DNA of 14,144 nucleotides, taken from sequence record k141_1493513. One strand, given 5' to 3'. Shown one piece after another: positions 1-6,989 of this stretch. The translations under genes were made by a program, and so were the position numbers. Numbering within the stretch: position 1 is the first letter of the stretch; each line of letters starts with the position of its first letter. The stretch comes from a metagenome. The notes under the pieces are model-generated. The model saw nothing but the letters and a program-made list of their open reading frames with translations. It ran no database searches and was not told where the DNA came from.

Positions 1-823
1 TTGCTCTACCCGTCGCCGTCGCGGCGCTGTCCCGGGCGGCGGCACGCCCGGGCTCTGTGCCCGGCGCCCGCGCCCTCGTGGATGTGTACCGTCCCGCCCT
101 GGAAGCTTACCTGGGCGCCCGTGGCCCGGCCGGCGGTGGCAGCACCACCACCACCACCCCAACCACCCCAGCCATCTCCCCTCCCGCTGAAGCCGCCCTG
201 CGCACCCACGCCCCGGCCGCTGCCGCCCTGGCCTGGCGGGTGGTGGGGTTGGGTGAGGGGGAAACCGCGTCTGCCCTGGCGGCCCGCCTGGCGCCGGCCG
301 TCGGATGGCCCCCCTCGGCGGCGCCTCCGCCACCCGGCCCGTCGGGCGCGGCCCGCCCAGCCACGGGCGAGCGCGCGCGCGCCGCCCCGGCCCTGGCGGC
401 CGCCGTCCCGTCCCTCGCACCGCCCGTCGCCCTGTGCGTGGCTGTTACTTTGGCATCCCTGGCTGCAGCGACCCGCGGCGGCGGTGTCGACGCCAGCACG
501 GCCGGCCTGGAAGGCGAGCTGTGGGCGGCCCTGGACGGGCCCCTGGGGGATGCCATGGCGGGCCGCGCGACCGGCCTGCACGCGCGGGCGGCGGTGGCGC
601 CGGCGGCGAGGGCGCTGGTCCGGGAGACGCTGCGAGGTCTGAAAAAGAGAGCACTGCCCGACCCGGCGGGGCGGGTGAAGCGGGTGCGCCGCCTGCTGGC
701 AGCCTTGCTGCCACCGGATGAGGAAGGGGGCGGGGAGGCGGCGGCGGCGGCGGCGGAGGCGGAGGCGGAGGCGGCGAGCGAGCGGCGGAGGCGGGACCGG
801 TCGAGGCGAAGGACGGAGGAGCG
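1..823 (+). other. Extremely GC-rich block with coding-like periodicity in + frame 3, open from the window edge. Either a partial CDS of an unknown Ala/Pro/Gly-rich product or a foreign/chimeric segment.
   Basis: Hand counts of G+C: 47/60 at 1-60, 46/60 at 661-720, 52/60 at 721-780, falling to 43/60 at 781-840 and 37/60 at 841-900. All six frames are open, as expected at this G+C. Only + frame 3 (the 57..1175 track ORF, which starts at GTG and is open back to base 3) shows purine-rich first and GC-rich third positions with GCC/CTG/GGC/CCC codons. It has no in-frame stop before 1175, so it would overlap the next gene by about 350 nt. Its real 3' end is unresolved. Confidence 0.35.
737..775. 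repeat. Trinucleotide/hexanucleotide microsatellite: (GGC)6 then (GGAGGC)3 plus GGC
   Basis: Read directly: ggc x6 at 737-754, ggaggc x3 at 755-772, ggc at 773-775. It sits at the junction between the ~80% G+C block and normal-composition sequence. Confidence 0.9.
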
Positions 824-3271
824 ATGCGCGCGAATGATGCGGGTATTGATGATGACGAGAGCGAGGATGAGGAAGAGGGCGTTCGGGGACGGGATGGGGG
901 ACGCGAACGCGATGCGGAGGATTTGTTTGATGAGGTGGCGGCGGCGACGACGAAAGGAGCGCGCGCCGCGACGACGGCGCGACGCGTCGCGCGCAAAGGA
1001 AAAGTCAAGGATGGTCCTTCGAAAGACGACGAGCCGTCGACGAGTAAGTCAGTACATTTTCAAGTTCCGCGTGACGTCTTCGAGGGTGGGGCGGTGCGCG
1101 CGCAAACGCGCCCGCCGGCGACGGCGGACGCGCTCGCTCCAGAACGACGCCCGCCAAATAAGAAAACCAAAGTGACGATGAAGGAATTCGCGGGCGAAGA
1201 CGATGACGGGGGATTATTTGGGTACGACGACTATGTAGATGATTTGATCCCGAAATCTGGCGCTCAGCTTGCGGATATCGATGAAGCGAATTACGCGGTG
1301 TCTGGTTTGTCGAGCGTGCGGGACGTCAAGGAGAAGGTTCGATGCGTCCACGTCCTCGTGAATTTGCTCACCGATCAGCGAAAGCGGCGACTTTTAGCGT
1401 CTCACGGCTTACAAACGAAGATCGTCAACGCCGCACACGACGCGGCGATGAGCGCGAACGTGCCCAAAGTGTTGATATTCGGCGCGAGCGCTTTGCTGTA
1501 CCTCGCCAGTTTGGATTTGAAGCCTCCATCGAGCGACGTCTTGCTGAGCGACAAGGCTGCGAACGCATGTCGTTCGCTCCTAAAGCACTGCTCGTCAGAA
1601 AAAGATGCGGTGTTTATCAACGTTGAATCGTCGATTCGTAACTCGCTGAAGAGTATGAAGTTCTTACCTCACGAAGCCAAGGATGCGCAAACGCTCGCCC
1701 TCTTGGTCGCACACCACGCGTTGAAGCAAGAACAAGACGCGATTCTCGCCTCTGGCAAAGGTCCAGGCACGGGTGATGGTGCAAATGAATTCCGAACCAG
1801 GTTGACACGTGCTCATGCCATCACTGAAGTGTGTAATCTCGTCGCTGAAGCCACGCGAACGTTGCAGAAGTTTGCCGCGGTGTGCTTTGTGCCCGCCAAT
1901 GCGACGTCGACGTCCACCGTCGACGATGACGAGCTCGATCAATTTGCCGCGAAAGCCGCACAGTGCACCGCACGCTTGTTCAGATGCTCGAGAGTTTTAG
2001 AGTCGGCGACGTTTGAATCTACGGAGGCGTGTGCCGTTGTGTCGTCAACTTCGCTCAGCGTCGGCGCGAAGAGCGCGCAAGACGCGCCGGCGCACAAGCT
2101 TGAATTGTTCGCACTCAAGACTGGGGAGTTCATGCAAAGTCCAGTGGCGAAATCGAGTGCATCACCCACCAAGGGGCGCCAAGGGGAAAGCAAGAGCGCG
2201 CCGATCGATATTCCTTCGCCGTCTCCGGTCAAGAGCCGCCTTGGAGGGATAACGATGACGCCGCCGAGCACGCCGGGCGACGCCGCTCTCGTCTTCGACG
2301 ACGACGACGAACAGCGCACCACCCCGCTTTCATCCCCGGTTCCTATCGGACTAATGCGCTCCAAAAGTCGTTCGGGAGCTGTAGAAAATTCGATCGCTTG
2401 GCTCGTGGACAATGGTCTTCGGACGCCAGTGAAGGGTGGGGCGGCGAACGCGCACACGGCGACGCGGGCGCTCGTCGAGGCGCTCCCAGTGCTCGCCGCC
2501 GCGACGACGGCGGCGCTGATTGGCGCTAAGAAGGGATCTGATATGAGTGGTATTCGCATAAAATATGATGGTGGCTTAGCTTTGGACCATCGTGTGGCCA
2601 CTGGCACTTGCAAATCGGTACTGAGCGTGTTGATGAATGTGACGAATGAAAATGTCGAAGGGTGCCAGTCAGTGTGCGGCGAAGATGACGGAGGCTTACT
2701 CATCATCGCGTCGCTTATTCCATGGTTTGCGCGCAGCGTCGAGGGCTACACTTTGAGCGATTTGAAAGACAAGCAGCATCGCTCGCGCGTTCCCGATGAC
2801 GACGCCGGATCGTCGCTGCTGAACGCCGCGCTGGCGCTATTGGTAAACATCATCGAAGCTGACGCGACGATGGCGTCTAAACTTCGAAGCACCGTGGTCG
2901 ACATCGGGGGCAAACCCATTTCGTTCGTCGAAATCCTCACACTCTTATTTCTTCAAAGTGGCGGCGCTGACGAGGTCAAAGACGAACCCGTCGCGGCGCC
3001 GCAAGAGCACATCACGGCTGAGATGATTGAAAAGCATCAAAAAGACGGCGACGACGTGATTCTGCAGGCGTACACCGCGTTGCTGCTCGCGTTCCTCATC
3101 GAAGACCAACCAGCGATGCGCGCCGAAGTCACGTCGCGATTTCCACCCGGCGGTGGTTTGAAACCTTTAGCAGAAACTCTCGAACGATTTCACTCGTTCC
3201 ACGAGAGTTTGAATAGCATCTCGGCCAAGTCCTCGGACCGTCTCGTGAAAGTTGTCTCGTGGCTCAAGTAG
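824..3271 (+). CDS. WAPL: WAPL-like protein (cohesin release factor, WAPL domain)
   Basis: Uninterrupted 815-codon ORF from ATG 824 to TAG 3269-3271 with host-like codon usage. The N-terminus is an acidic/basic disordered region, followed by a helical-repeat body. Several landmarks match my recollection of plant and animal WAPL proteins: EANYAVSGLSSVRDVKEKVR...LLTDQRKRRLLASHGLQTKIVNA, LNAALALLVNIIEAD, ILQAYTALLLAFLIED, and the C-terminal LERFHSFHESLNSIS...VVSWLK. Homology is from memory and was not searched. Confidence 0.7.
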   Translation: MRANDAGIDDDESEDEEEGVRGRDGGRERDAEDLFDEVAAATTKGARAATTARRVARKGKVKDGPSKDDEPSTSKSVHFQVPRDVFEGGAVRAQTRPPATADALAPERRPPNKKTKVTMKEFAGEDDDGGLFGYDDYVDDLIPKSGAQLADIDEANYAVSGLSSVRDVKEKVRCVHVLVNLLTDQRKRRLLASHGLQTKIVNAAHDAAMSANVPKVLIFGASALLYLASLDLKPPSSDVLLSDKAANACRSLLKHCSSEKDAVFINVESSIRNSLKSMKFLPHEAKDAQTLALLVAHHALKQEQDAILASGKGPGTGDGANEFRTRLTRAHAITEVCNLVAEATRTLQKFAAVCFVPANATSTSTVDDDELDQFAAKAAQCTARLFRCSRVLESATFESTEACAVVSSTSLSVGAKSAQDAPAHKLELFALKTGEFMQSPVAKSSASPTKGRQGESKSAPIDIPSPSPVKSRLGGITMTPPSTPGDAALVFDDDDEQRTTPLSSPVPIGLMRSKSRSGAVENSIAWLVDNGLRTPVKGGAANAHTATRALVEALPVLAAATTAALIGAKKGSDMSGIRIKYDGGLALDHRVATGTCKSVLSVLMNVTNENVEGCQSVCGEDDGGLLIIASLIPWFARSVEGYTLSDLKDKQHRSRVPDDDAGSSLLNAALALLVNIIEADATMASKLRSTVVDIGGKPISFVEILTLLFLQSGGADEVKDEPVAAPQEHITAEMIEKHQKDGDDVILQAYTALLLAFLIEDQPAMRAEVTSRFPPGGGLKPLAETLERFHSFHESLNSISAKSSDRLVKVVSWLK

Positions 3272-3414
3272 CGTCCACGACGCGCGCGCGTAGCGAACGC
3301 GTCGTTCATGTCATAAAGAAATCATCAATCCACGCGCGATTCGCGTGTCAAAAAAATGCAGACGACCGTCGCAGACGACATAACGACTCAGCTCGCGTAC
3401 CTGCTGAGATGCGA

Positions 3415-3575
3415 AGCACTGATGAGGCCGAGAGGGAGATGGCGTTCAGTTTTTACATTACGCCACCAATTTAGGCCAAAAAGGTGCGGTTTTCCCGCCC
3501 CGCGGGAAAAAATATTCTGTCCATGATTATCAACGTCAACGAACGGGCTATCTCCCTCTCGGCCTGAGTGATGAG
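3415..3575 (+). other. Densely structured inverted-repeat element. Candidate small ncRNA or k-turn RNA; alternatives are a 3'-UTR structure or a degenerate MITE.
   Basis: A perfect 16-bp inverted repeat pairs AGGCCGAGAGGGAGAT (3425-3440) with ATCTCCCTCTCGGCCT (3550-3565). It can extend inward by CGTTC (3443-3447) / GAACG (3541-3545). Nested hairpins: GGCGT (3441-3445) / ACGCC (3460-3464) with a U-rich 14-nt loop; CACC (3464-3467) / GGTG (3483-3486); and TTTTCCCGC (3490-3498) / GCGGGAAAA (3502-3510). The long stem is flanked 5' by CAC-UGAUGA (3415-3424) and 3' by CUGA-GUG (3564-3570), followed immediately by a second GUGAUGA (3568-3574). The only ORF here (3259..3474) starts at GTG and has no coding character. 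Confidence 0.3.
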
Positions 3576-3645
3576 CGACCTATAGAACGATTGTGTTACG
3601 GGCAAATGTCGATACCGCTCGCTTGAGCTGTAACTCGACAGTTCG

Positions 3646-3882
3646 AAAAATGTATAGTATAATTTTTACATGCCTATGTTATTAGGATGACTACACGTCC
3701 ATGATTTTTGTATGAACCATGTGTCTAATATTCATTTATATATATACTTAGCAAATAATTTGGACAATTGGTATGTGAATTAGAAATTTTAAGATCAGGA
3801 CAAAATCTGAGAAGACAGTAAACTAATTTATTTTAGAATTTGGACGGATGACATATAGTGAAAATGTTTAAAGGCTATGAGC
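3646..3882. other. AT-rich island (about 23-32% G+C) in a ~60% G+C locus
   Basis: Hand counts of G+C: 19/60 at 3661-3720, 14/60 at 3721-3780, 14/60 at 3781-3840. There is no ORF of 60 aa or more. It contains TATATATATA and a 9-mer direct repeat AATTTGGAC (3757-3765 and 3837-3845). It lies immediately 3' of the tRNA-Trp gene. Confidence 0.7.
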
Positions 3883-3886
3883 AAAA
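3883..3886 (-). terminator. Pol III T-run terminator (TTTT) for tRNA-Trp
   Basis: The minus strand reads ...CGAGGTC-A-AGC-TTTT-GC. The T4 run begins 4 nt after the discriminator base. Confidence 0.6.
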
Positions 3887-3889
3887 GCT

Positions 3890-4019
3890 TGACCTCGCAG
3901 AGATTCGAACTCTGAACCTTCAGATAGCTCTATCGGTGACTCAAGCATGCGAACGTGCGAACGACCTCGCCTTCGCGAGGAGACTGGAGTCTGACGCACT
4001 ACCGTTATGCTACGAAGCC
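3890..4019 (-). tRNA. tRNA-Trp(CCA): tRNA-Trp (anticodon CCA) with a 58-nt intron at the canonical 37/38 position
   Basis: The minus strand reads GGCTTCG TA GCAT AACGGTA GTGC G TCAGA CTCCAG [58-nt intron TCTCCTCGCGAAGGCGAGGTCG...ATAGAGCT] A TCTGA AGGTT CAGAG TTCGAAT CTCTG CGAGGTC A. The acceptor stem is 7 bp including two G-U pairs, and the D, anticodon and T stems all pair. The B box GGTTCnnnGTTCGAATC-like motif is present. The layout is almost superimposable on the vertebrate tRNA-Trp as I remember it. The exons total 72 nt. Confidence 0.88.
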
Positions 4020-4401
4020 TGATGATGATCGGCGAATTCTATTGAATTCTATGTGCTTTTCCGCACAATAGCATCGGAATATACTCCATAAAAGTCATTT
4101 TGCCTCCACTTCGAGCGCGCGAAGTGACGACGAAAGAAGTACGGGTATATGTGTCCCTCACTCCGAGAGTCCTCATTCGTCAGCGCGTCGCCCATTTCAG
4201 CGAACGGTCGCCGTGCGCCGACGACCGCGCCTTTCGCGCGCGACGCGCGCGCACTCTTCCGCACGGATCCCGTTTCCCTAACGTAAACTCGCACGAGTGT
4301 CGATCGCTTTCGCGCTTTCGACTCGCACACGCATTCTTAAAGGTGCGTTCGGTTCGCGCGAACGCGTCCGTCGTCGCTCGAGATCGCGAGGCGTCGTCGT
4401 C

Positions 4402-4447
4402 GCGAACCCTCGCGCGCGACGGGGCGAGATCTCGCGCGAGGGTTCGC
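4402..4447. repeat. 15-bp perfect inverted repeat (hairpin) inside the CpG-rich ORF-poor spacer
   Basis: GCGAACCCTCGCGCG (4402-4416) pairs with CGCGCGAGGGTTCGC (4433-4447). The loop is 16 nt and contains the AGATCT palindrome. Confidence 0.8.
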
Positions 4448-4728
4448 CCGTCGCCCGTCGCGCTATTCGCGCGGCATCGCAACGCATTTCGAGCGATCGC
4501 GCGCTCGATGCGATGGAATCGAGCGGTGGGAATAATGCGTCCCCGATCTCGAGCGAATGCGCGCGACGGCGACGGGCGAATGAAAGCGAAAAGCGACGCG
4601 ATCGCTTGGGTCGCACGTTGGCGATGACGCGATCGAACGATCGAACCCGCGTCGTCTTTTTTCGTTCGTTCGCTGACGCGTGAAACCTCGCTTTCGGCGA
4701 TCGCAGGACAAACACATTTAACGAAATA

Positions 4729-4929
4729 ATGCCAGGCACGCAAAGCGTCTACGTCTCGCTCTCCATCCTCGCGTTGACCGGTTTGGTCGGCACCGGGGTG
4801 GCGATCGGAAGCGGCGTCTCGATGATGGCTATGCAAATGGCGGAGGAAGAAAAGAAAACGGCGGTCGTGGCATCTGTCAAGGAAGCGACGTACAGACCGT
4901 CTTCTCGCGGGTTCGCCGCGAGCAACTGA
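4729..4929 (+). CDS. Hypothetical 66-aa single-pass membrane microprotein
   Basis: ATG 4729 sits in an AATAATGC context with A at -3, and the stop is TGA 4927-4929. Third-position G+C is about 75% by eye, using the same GTC/TCG/GCG/CTC/ATC/ACG codons as neighbouring genes. The antisense 66-aa ORF 4749..4949 does not show this usage. Residues 7-34 (VYVSLSILALTGLVGTGVAIGSGVSMMA) form a Gly/Ala-rich hydrophobic helix, followed by a charged tail (EEEKK). I do not recognise a family. Confidence 0.5.
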   Translation: MPGTQSVYVSLSILALTGLVGTGVAIGSGVSMMAMQMAEEEKKTAVVASVKEATYRPSSRGFAASN

Positions 4930-5096
4930 GTTGTTCGAAGCGTTATCATTTCTTTCTCGCTCTGTATCTACACACCATCTATTCAAAACGATTCGCGCCA
5001 TGCGTATGTAAACGTACCGCACCTTTTCAGTTCCATGTAATATCCAATATGACGTTGTCGCGGATTAATTATTACACTATAGAATTCCTTCAACGC

Positions 5097-6989
5097 CTAC
5101 TTGATCTTCAACACGTCCACGCGCGCGCGCGCGGCGACGCCGTGGACGACGTCTTCGTCATCCGCGGCCACCTCCGACGGCGTCGGCGCGGCGTGAACGA
5201 CGAGCTTAGCGAGCGTGCCTCCAGCGTCGCCGCGAGCTAAACGACCAGGGTTCACGCACACCACTTTGCCAACATCACTCACCTCTAAAACTTCCGCGAA
5301 GGTCTTCAAATCGGAAGGCAAAATCAACACGTCTGGGGTGACGTCGAACGCCGCCGCTCCAGCGTGCGCAGCATCCAAGCACGCCGACGGATCCGCAGGA
5401 TACAGTGGATACGCGTACGCTTGCGATATCACGTGCGTAGCAAGTCTCGAAAGGCGATCGATCGCCACTCCGCCCTTGGAGATTTCTTGCGCAGACAAAT
5501 GCTTCAAGATGTCGTGCGTTACGACGGAGAACACCACGCCGTTAATTTCAAAAGTCCCGGGATTCGGCGCCACAAAGGCGCGCGTCGACGATTCGAACAA
5601 AGTGTTTTTGGCGAGTTTTACTGGCGCCGGTTGTGGGAACACTGAGTCTAGCATGGCGTCGCGAACAGAAGGGACGTAAATCACCTTGGTCTTCAATTTG
5701 GAGTCTCGATCGTTGAAGCCGAGCTTGCGTTCAATCGTGAGCGTGACGTTGCGCGCAATGTCGTCAAAATCCATATCACCGCATGAACCCGTCTTCACGA
5801 ATGCATTCTCGACGTCGACTAGCGGTCCGCAAAGAATTAACGCATCGGGGTTTTCAGCCGCGACGAAATCCAACAAGTCATTCAGCGGTTCATACTTCAA
5901 GTCGTTGGTGCACGAAAACGGACCGGAGGCGACGACGACCGATGTTGGCATAGCAAACACAGACGCCGTCGGCGCCGACTTCTTCATCGGCTTGCTCGAC
6001 GCCGAAGAGATGCTTTTCACCACCAAGCAGTGCCCCGCGGGATTTCGTCCAGTGACTTTCACCACTTGCCCCGGGAACAGGCTGTAACTGTCCAAATCCC
6101 GAAGCTCCAATCGCACTCGAGCGCCGAAACTCCCCTCTGTAGACCCTTCGAGCGAGACGGTTTTATCCGTCAACTTCCCTTCCTCTACCTTATGCGCGCA
6201 CACGATGCGCCCGACGCAAGTGGCGTCTTCATCTCCCGTCTTCGTGTCCACGCGCGAGATTCTCGTCGCCGCCCCAACCGCGCCAGCGCCGCCGTCGCCC
6301 TCCTCAGCGTCGTCGCCGACAAATTCAAATCGCTCCTGCGCATCCAGAATCCTCGCATCGATCATGGTCACGCGATCGGAAATCCGATCGCGCATGTATC
6401 GAAATTTATCGGTATTCCACGTCGACACGCGGACGTCGCATCCGCTCGAATTCTCCCCGTTCGCCGTCGCGCTCAGGTGTCCGTGCAGCGTCGCGTTCGC
6501 GTTTTCCCCTACCCCCGTCGCACTCCCCGGCGTCGCCGCCTTCTTCTTGTACTCCGACTCCCCTGGAGTTAAATCATCTAACGTCTTGTCCCATTCGCGA
6601 GACATCTTCTTTGGCGTTACGCCGCCCAGGGACATTCTCATCGACACGTTGGACGCCGACGGGCTCGCGCCGTCGCTCTTCGACGCGCTCCCCAGGAGCT
6701 TTCGTTTCTTCCCGAGTCCCGCGTTCGCGGACTTCGTGGACGGTTTCGTCACTTCATACCGCACGTATTGCTCGAACTTTTCCAAGTGCTCCACGCCGAT
6801 TTCCCTTCGGTCCTCGAGCGGGATCTTGTCGAGCTTGCCGATGTCAAAAGCTTCCCAGTACGCCGCGATTTTATCGATCGGCAGCGCGAGTTCCGATGCG
6901 AGCGCTTCGAGCGCGCTCGACGCCACCGAGGCTTTCAGAATGAACCCTCGGTCGTCGAACGCGCGCGCGAGGCCGATGTGGACGGACAT
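5097..6989 (-). CDS. POLA2: DNA polymerase alpha subunit B (p70 / POLA2, primase-polymerase accessory subunit)
   Basis: The track ORF 5097..7073 begins at TTG. The first ATG is 6989-6987 (MSVHIGLARAFDD...), giving 630 aa and a TAG stop at 5097-5099. The N-terminal helical domain (ALEALASELALPIDKIAAYWEAF) and the C-terminal inactive phosphoesterase domain (VVASGPFSCTNDLKYEPLNDLLDFVAAENPDALILCGPLVDVEN, VIYVPSVRD, VAPNPGTFEINGVVFSV) are the signatures of this family. Confidence 0.88.
   Translation of the reverse strand: MSVHIGLARAFDDRGFILKASVASSALEALASELALPIDKIAAYWEAFDIGKLDKIPLEDRREIGVEHLEKFEQYVRYEVTKPSTKSANAGLGKKRKLLGSASKSDGASPSASNVSMRMSLGGVTPKKMSREWDKTLDDLTPGESEYKKKAATPGSATGVGENANATLHGHLSATANGENSSGCDVRVSTWNTDKFRYMRDRISDRVTMIDARILDAQERFEFVGDDAEEGDGGAGAVGAATRISRVDTKTGDEDATCVGRIVCAHKVEEGKLTDKTVSLEGSTEGSFGARVRLELRDLDSYSLFPGQVVKVTGRNPAGHCLVVKSISSASSKPMKKSAPTASVFAMPTSVVVASGPFSCTNDLKYEPLNDLLDFVAAENPDALILCGPLVDVENAFVKTGSCGDMDFDDIARNVTLTIERKLGFNDRDSKLKTKVIYVPSVRDAMLDSVFPQPAPVKLAKNTLFESSTRAFVAPNPGTFEINGVVFSVVTHDILKHLSAQEISKGGVAIDRLSRLATHVISQAYAYPLYPADPSACLDAAHAGAAAFDVTPDVLILPSDLKTFAEVLEVSDVGKVVCVNPGRLARGDAGGTLAKLVVHAAPTPSEVAADDEDVVHGVAARARVDVLKIK

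Noticed and set aside
1-1008. Other open frames in the GC-rich block: 1..642 +, 305..721 +, 6..581 -, 107..556 - and 445..1008 -
   Set aside because: At about 80% G+C stops are rare in every frame. These translations are poly-Pro/Arg/Gly strings lacking the third-position periodicity seen in + frame 3.
1939-2706. 255-aa minus-strand ORF inside the WAPL-like gene. Similar antisense ORFs occur at 5215..5679, 6030..6572, 6205..7017, 7206..7964, 10869..11252 and 11629..12165.
   Set aside because: All lie fully within, and antisense or out of frame to, well-supported genes. They have low-complexity, Arg- or Ser-rich translations. They are composition artefacts.
3421-3567. SECIS element (AUGA ... 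helix ... UGA quartet). Selenoproteins are common in picoalgae.
   Set aside because: The 'apical' region is 109 nt, far larger than any SECIS. There is no unpaired AA motif at the expected distance. The upstream gene ends at TAG with no in-frame UGA, so there is no selenoprotein for it to serve.
3418-3575. Hammerhead ribozyme, suggested by CUGAUGAG followed by a GC-rich stem II
   Set aside because: The 3' side of the stem is followed by UGAGUG rather than the invariant GAAA core (G12-A13-A14). There is no stem III or cleavage-site arrangement, and stem II would carry a 109-nt insert.
3415-3660. Known spliceosomal or nucleolar RNAs. U5 was suggested by the U-rich loop GUUUUUACAU; U3 by box C, hairpin and box D; U2 and U4 were also considered.
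   Set aside because: The invariant U5 loop CCUUUUACUA, the U3 box A/A' GGAUCAUUUCUAUAG-type 5' domain, the U2 branch-site GUAGUA and clear Sm sites are all absent on either strand. The resemblance is limited to generic k-turn boxes.
3890-4019. Circularly permuted or split tRNA gene. The acceptor 3' strand sequence occurs twice, and such genes are known in this algal group.
   Set aside because: The gene folds as an ordinary colinear tRNA, with 5' half, intron and 3' half in the normal order and a complete cloverleaf. The second copy lies inside the intron.
4270-4285. CCCTAAC, a possible telomerase RNA template for a TTTAGGG-type telomere
   Set aside because: Only a single partial repeat unit is present. 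A template needs about 1.5 repeats, and no flanking pseudoknot or boundary features are visible.
4282-4929. Possible selenocysteine read-through. The 4297..4683 ORF and the microprotein ORF share frame 1 and are separated only by TGA 4681-4683 plus 45 nt.
   Set aside because: The upstream part has no ATG at its head and is an Arg-rich low-complexity translation. The TGA sits in no redox-type motif. I find no SECIS-like AUGA/GA helix in the 3' region 4930-5096.
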